A DNA stretch of 63,500 nt, counting the filler, from Globobulimina sp. (Eukaryota), in the NCBI GenBank assembly GCA_003354225.1. It is 47 parts of 47 records of this genome, joined end to end, with 100 filler letters (N's around TTAATTAATTAA, not from the genome) between each part and the next. Parts side by side here need not be neighbours in the genome. Positions count along the whole stretch, not along the records: positions 60,897 to 62,148 come from PIVH01020076.1; positions 62,249 to 63,500 come from PIVH01020077.1; 45 more parts are not named here. One strand, written 5' to 3'. Position 1 is the stretch's first letter; every line of letters starts with the position of its first letter. Under the pieces are notes generated by a model that was not told the DNA's origin, did not search any database, and saw only the letters and a list, made by a program, of their open reading frames with translations. A program made the translations under genes and the position numbers. Of this stretch, positions 61,743 to 63,500 are shown in pieces.

Positions 61743-62148
61743 TTAGCGCGGAGTTGAACTATTTGAGGAAGTATGGTTTACAGCGGCTAATATCTTTTGT
61801 TTTAATTCTTTATCTTTACTCAAAGCGTCCTCTTTATTTATAACCAACTCAACTTCATAAACTTGTGTTTCTTGCGTCGAATCATCGTCATTTCCATCTG
61901 CTTTCTTTTCTATTTCTGTTTCTGTTTCTTTTTTATTTTCACATTCTTTCGCATCGACAGCATCCAAAATGACTGCCCCATTTCCTTTTATTTCCTCATT
62001 GTTTTGCTTCGATTTCACCGCCTTTTCCCCATCAAAATAGTCTTCGCCTTCCTCATCATACAAATCTTTCATTGTCAAGCCTTTCTTCAATCGTTTCTTA
62101 TGAATCGTAATAAATCCTTTCCAAATATAGCCTTTCTGAATTTTGCTT
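61743..62148 (-). CDS. Acidic C-terminal tail of an unknown protein
   Basis: Frame open from the contig edge to the stop at 61743. Confidence 0.45.
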
Positions 62149-62259
62149 NNNNNNNNNNNNNNNNNNNNNNNNNNNNNNNNNNNNNNNNNNNNTTAATTAA
62201 TTAANNNNNNNNNNNNNNNNNNNNNNNNNNNNNNNNNNNNNNNNNNNNTCGAATTTAAG

Positions 62260-63500
62260 ATGAAGAACATGTCATTCGTTCTTGTATTGTTTCTCTGCAT
62301 CTTGCATTTAAGCGGAGCAAAAAAGGTAAATGTCGCAGTAACATTACATCGGCAAGATATATTTGCATTATTTTCGGAAGATGAAATATGGGCAATGCAT
62401 TACCAAAATAAGACGTCGACCTCAGACATTGTCCAACTCAATGTAGTGATCGATGATATGGTGATAGCTAAACTCAACAAAGACATTGTAATCACATATG
62501 ACATAATTTACGCCGACGTCGCGGCAGTGATTGAGAGAGAAAGACATCGCTTAAACAATCGCACAAAATGGACTTCTTCAATGCGGCCTGATGTTTTTTT
62601 CCAAGAATACAGAAACTGGCCTGAATATCTTCTATTTATTGATTACTTGTTATGGCAGTTTCCTTCGCTTACAACGCAAACTTATTTGGGCCAAACCATC
62701 CAAGGCCGCGACATCCCACTCCTCACAGTATCGAGCGGGCCGTCGTCGCTACCAAAACGAGCGCTGTATATCCAAGCGGCCCTTCATGCGAGAGAGTGGT
62801 TGGCCAATTCTGCCACAATGTATATATTGAATGCATTGCTTGAGGGATATGGCACCGATCCGGAGATCACTGACATACTGAACACGATTGACATTTATAT
62901 TGTGCCCACAGTCAACATCGACGGTTATATCTATACGTGGCAGACCGAGAGGATGTGGAGGAAGAACCGGAGGAATAATGGAGATGGCAGTTTTGGAGTG
63001 GATTTGAATCGCAACTATGATGGACCAGAGGGTACCTGGTGCACTGTGGGGGCCTCCACCAACCCCTCAAGCGACACTTATTGCGGTACGGGGCCTTACA
63101 GCGAGCCCGAGGTGGCAGCTTCGGCGCGCTTTGTGCTGAACGGCACGCATAACATTGGTGCTTCTGTGGATATGCATACGAGCGGACCATTGATTTTATA
63201 TCCTTGGGGGTGGACACCGGGCCATGTACCGGATCCGTACTATGATATATACGTTGCTTTGAGTGGCGCCGTATCGGCGGCTATTTATGATGTGCATGGT
63301 GTGGAATATGTGCCGACGCAAACACTGTATCCAACTTCTGGCACTATGCGAGATTTTCCGTTTGCTGAATCCGAGGATGAGTATAAAATCTATAGCTTTA
63401 CGTGGGAGGGAAGAGGACCGGGTTTCAATCCGCCGGCAAGCAATATAATACCTGCGGGCCAGGAGGAACTCGCTGGAATGTTGACGGTGGCGCGGTTTCT
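62260..63500 (+). CDS. M14A zinc carboxypeptidase with signal and pro-domain (absent from the ORF track because it has no stop in the window)
   Basis: Continuous frame from ATG 62260: LHAREW, WRKNR, GVDLNRNY, YCG..PYSEPE, DMHTSG, ILYPWG, YPTSGTMRD, FTWEGRG. Confidence 0.95.
   Translation, partial: MKNMSFVLVLFLCILHLSGAKKVNVAVTLHRQDIFALFSEDEIWAMHYQNKTSTSDIVQLNVVIDDMVIAKLNKDIVITYDIIYADVAAVIERERHRLNNRTKWTSSMRPDVFFQEYRNWPEYLLFIDYLLWQFPSLTTQTYLGQTIQGRDIPLLTVSSGPSSLPKRALYIQAALHAREWLANSATMYILNALLEGYGTDPEITDILNTIDIYIVPTVNIDGYIYTWQTERMWRKNRRNNGDGSFGVDLNRNYDGPEGTWCTVGASTNPSSDTYCGTGPYSEPEVAASARFVLNGTHNIGASVDMHTSGPLILYPWGWTPGHVPDPYYDIYVALSGAVSAAIYDVHGVEYVPTQTLYPTSGTMRDFPFAESEDEYKIYSFTWEGRGPGFNPPASNIIPAGQEELAGMLTVARF

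Noticed and set aside
1255-62248. Regularly spaced TTAATTAATTAA 'repeat' resembling a CRISPR-like or gene-sized-chromosome pattern
   Set aside because: It is an artificial six-frame-stop linker inside N runs, and the regular spacing reflects length-sorted contigs.
62591-63448. Short ORFs listed in the track for the last contig
   Set aside because: They are shadow frames of the carboxypeptidase ORF starting at 62260.

Overview
This window is not a chromosome segment. It is 47 unrelated short contigs, length-sorted (18 x 1254, 20 x 1253 and 9 x 1252 bp), joined by an artificial 100-bp spacer (44 N + TTAATTAATTAA + 44 N, which puts stops in all six frames). Gene neighbourhood across spacers is therefore meaningless, and ORFs containing X are artefacts. 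Most contigs are AT-rich eukaryotic nuclear DNA with short (48-77 nt) GT-AG introns. The gene style suggests a rhizarian protist, probably a foraminiferan (inference only). A few repeat-derived contigs may come from a second eukaryote. Recognisable products include a Ser/Thr kinase, P4-ATPase, GTPBP1/2, TRP channel, CNBD-family K+ channel, cAMP-receptor-like GPCR, RTEL1, UBR1-type E3, cyclin C, NOC2, SCAMP, CCX/NCLX exchanger, acyl-CoA ligase, two flavoenzymes, an M14 carboxypeptidase missed by the ORF track, and LINE, LTR and tyrosine-recombinase retroelement pieces. The best leads are: (1) a plant-editing-factor-like P-L-S triplet PPR protein cut off just before the expected E/DYW deaminase; (2) recurrent single in-frame stops at apparent Gln/Arg sites; (3) a short 'hhGahR...IP..Ih.LI..F' module shared by three unrelated proteins, one inserted inside a Rab7-like G domain; (4) a 1134-bp circular or tandem unit carrying one secreted-protein gene; (5) a small palindromic MITE-like repeat.
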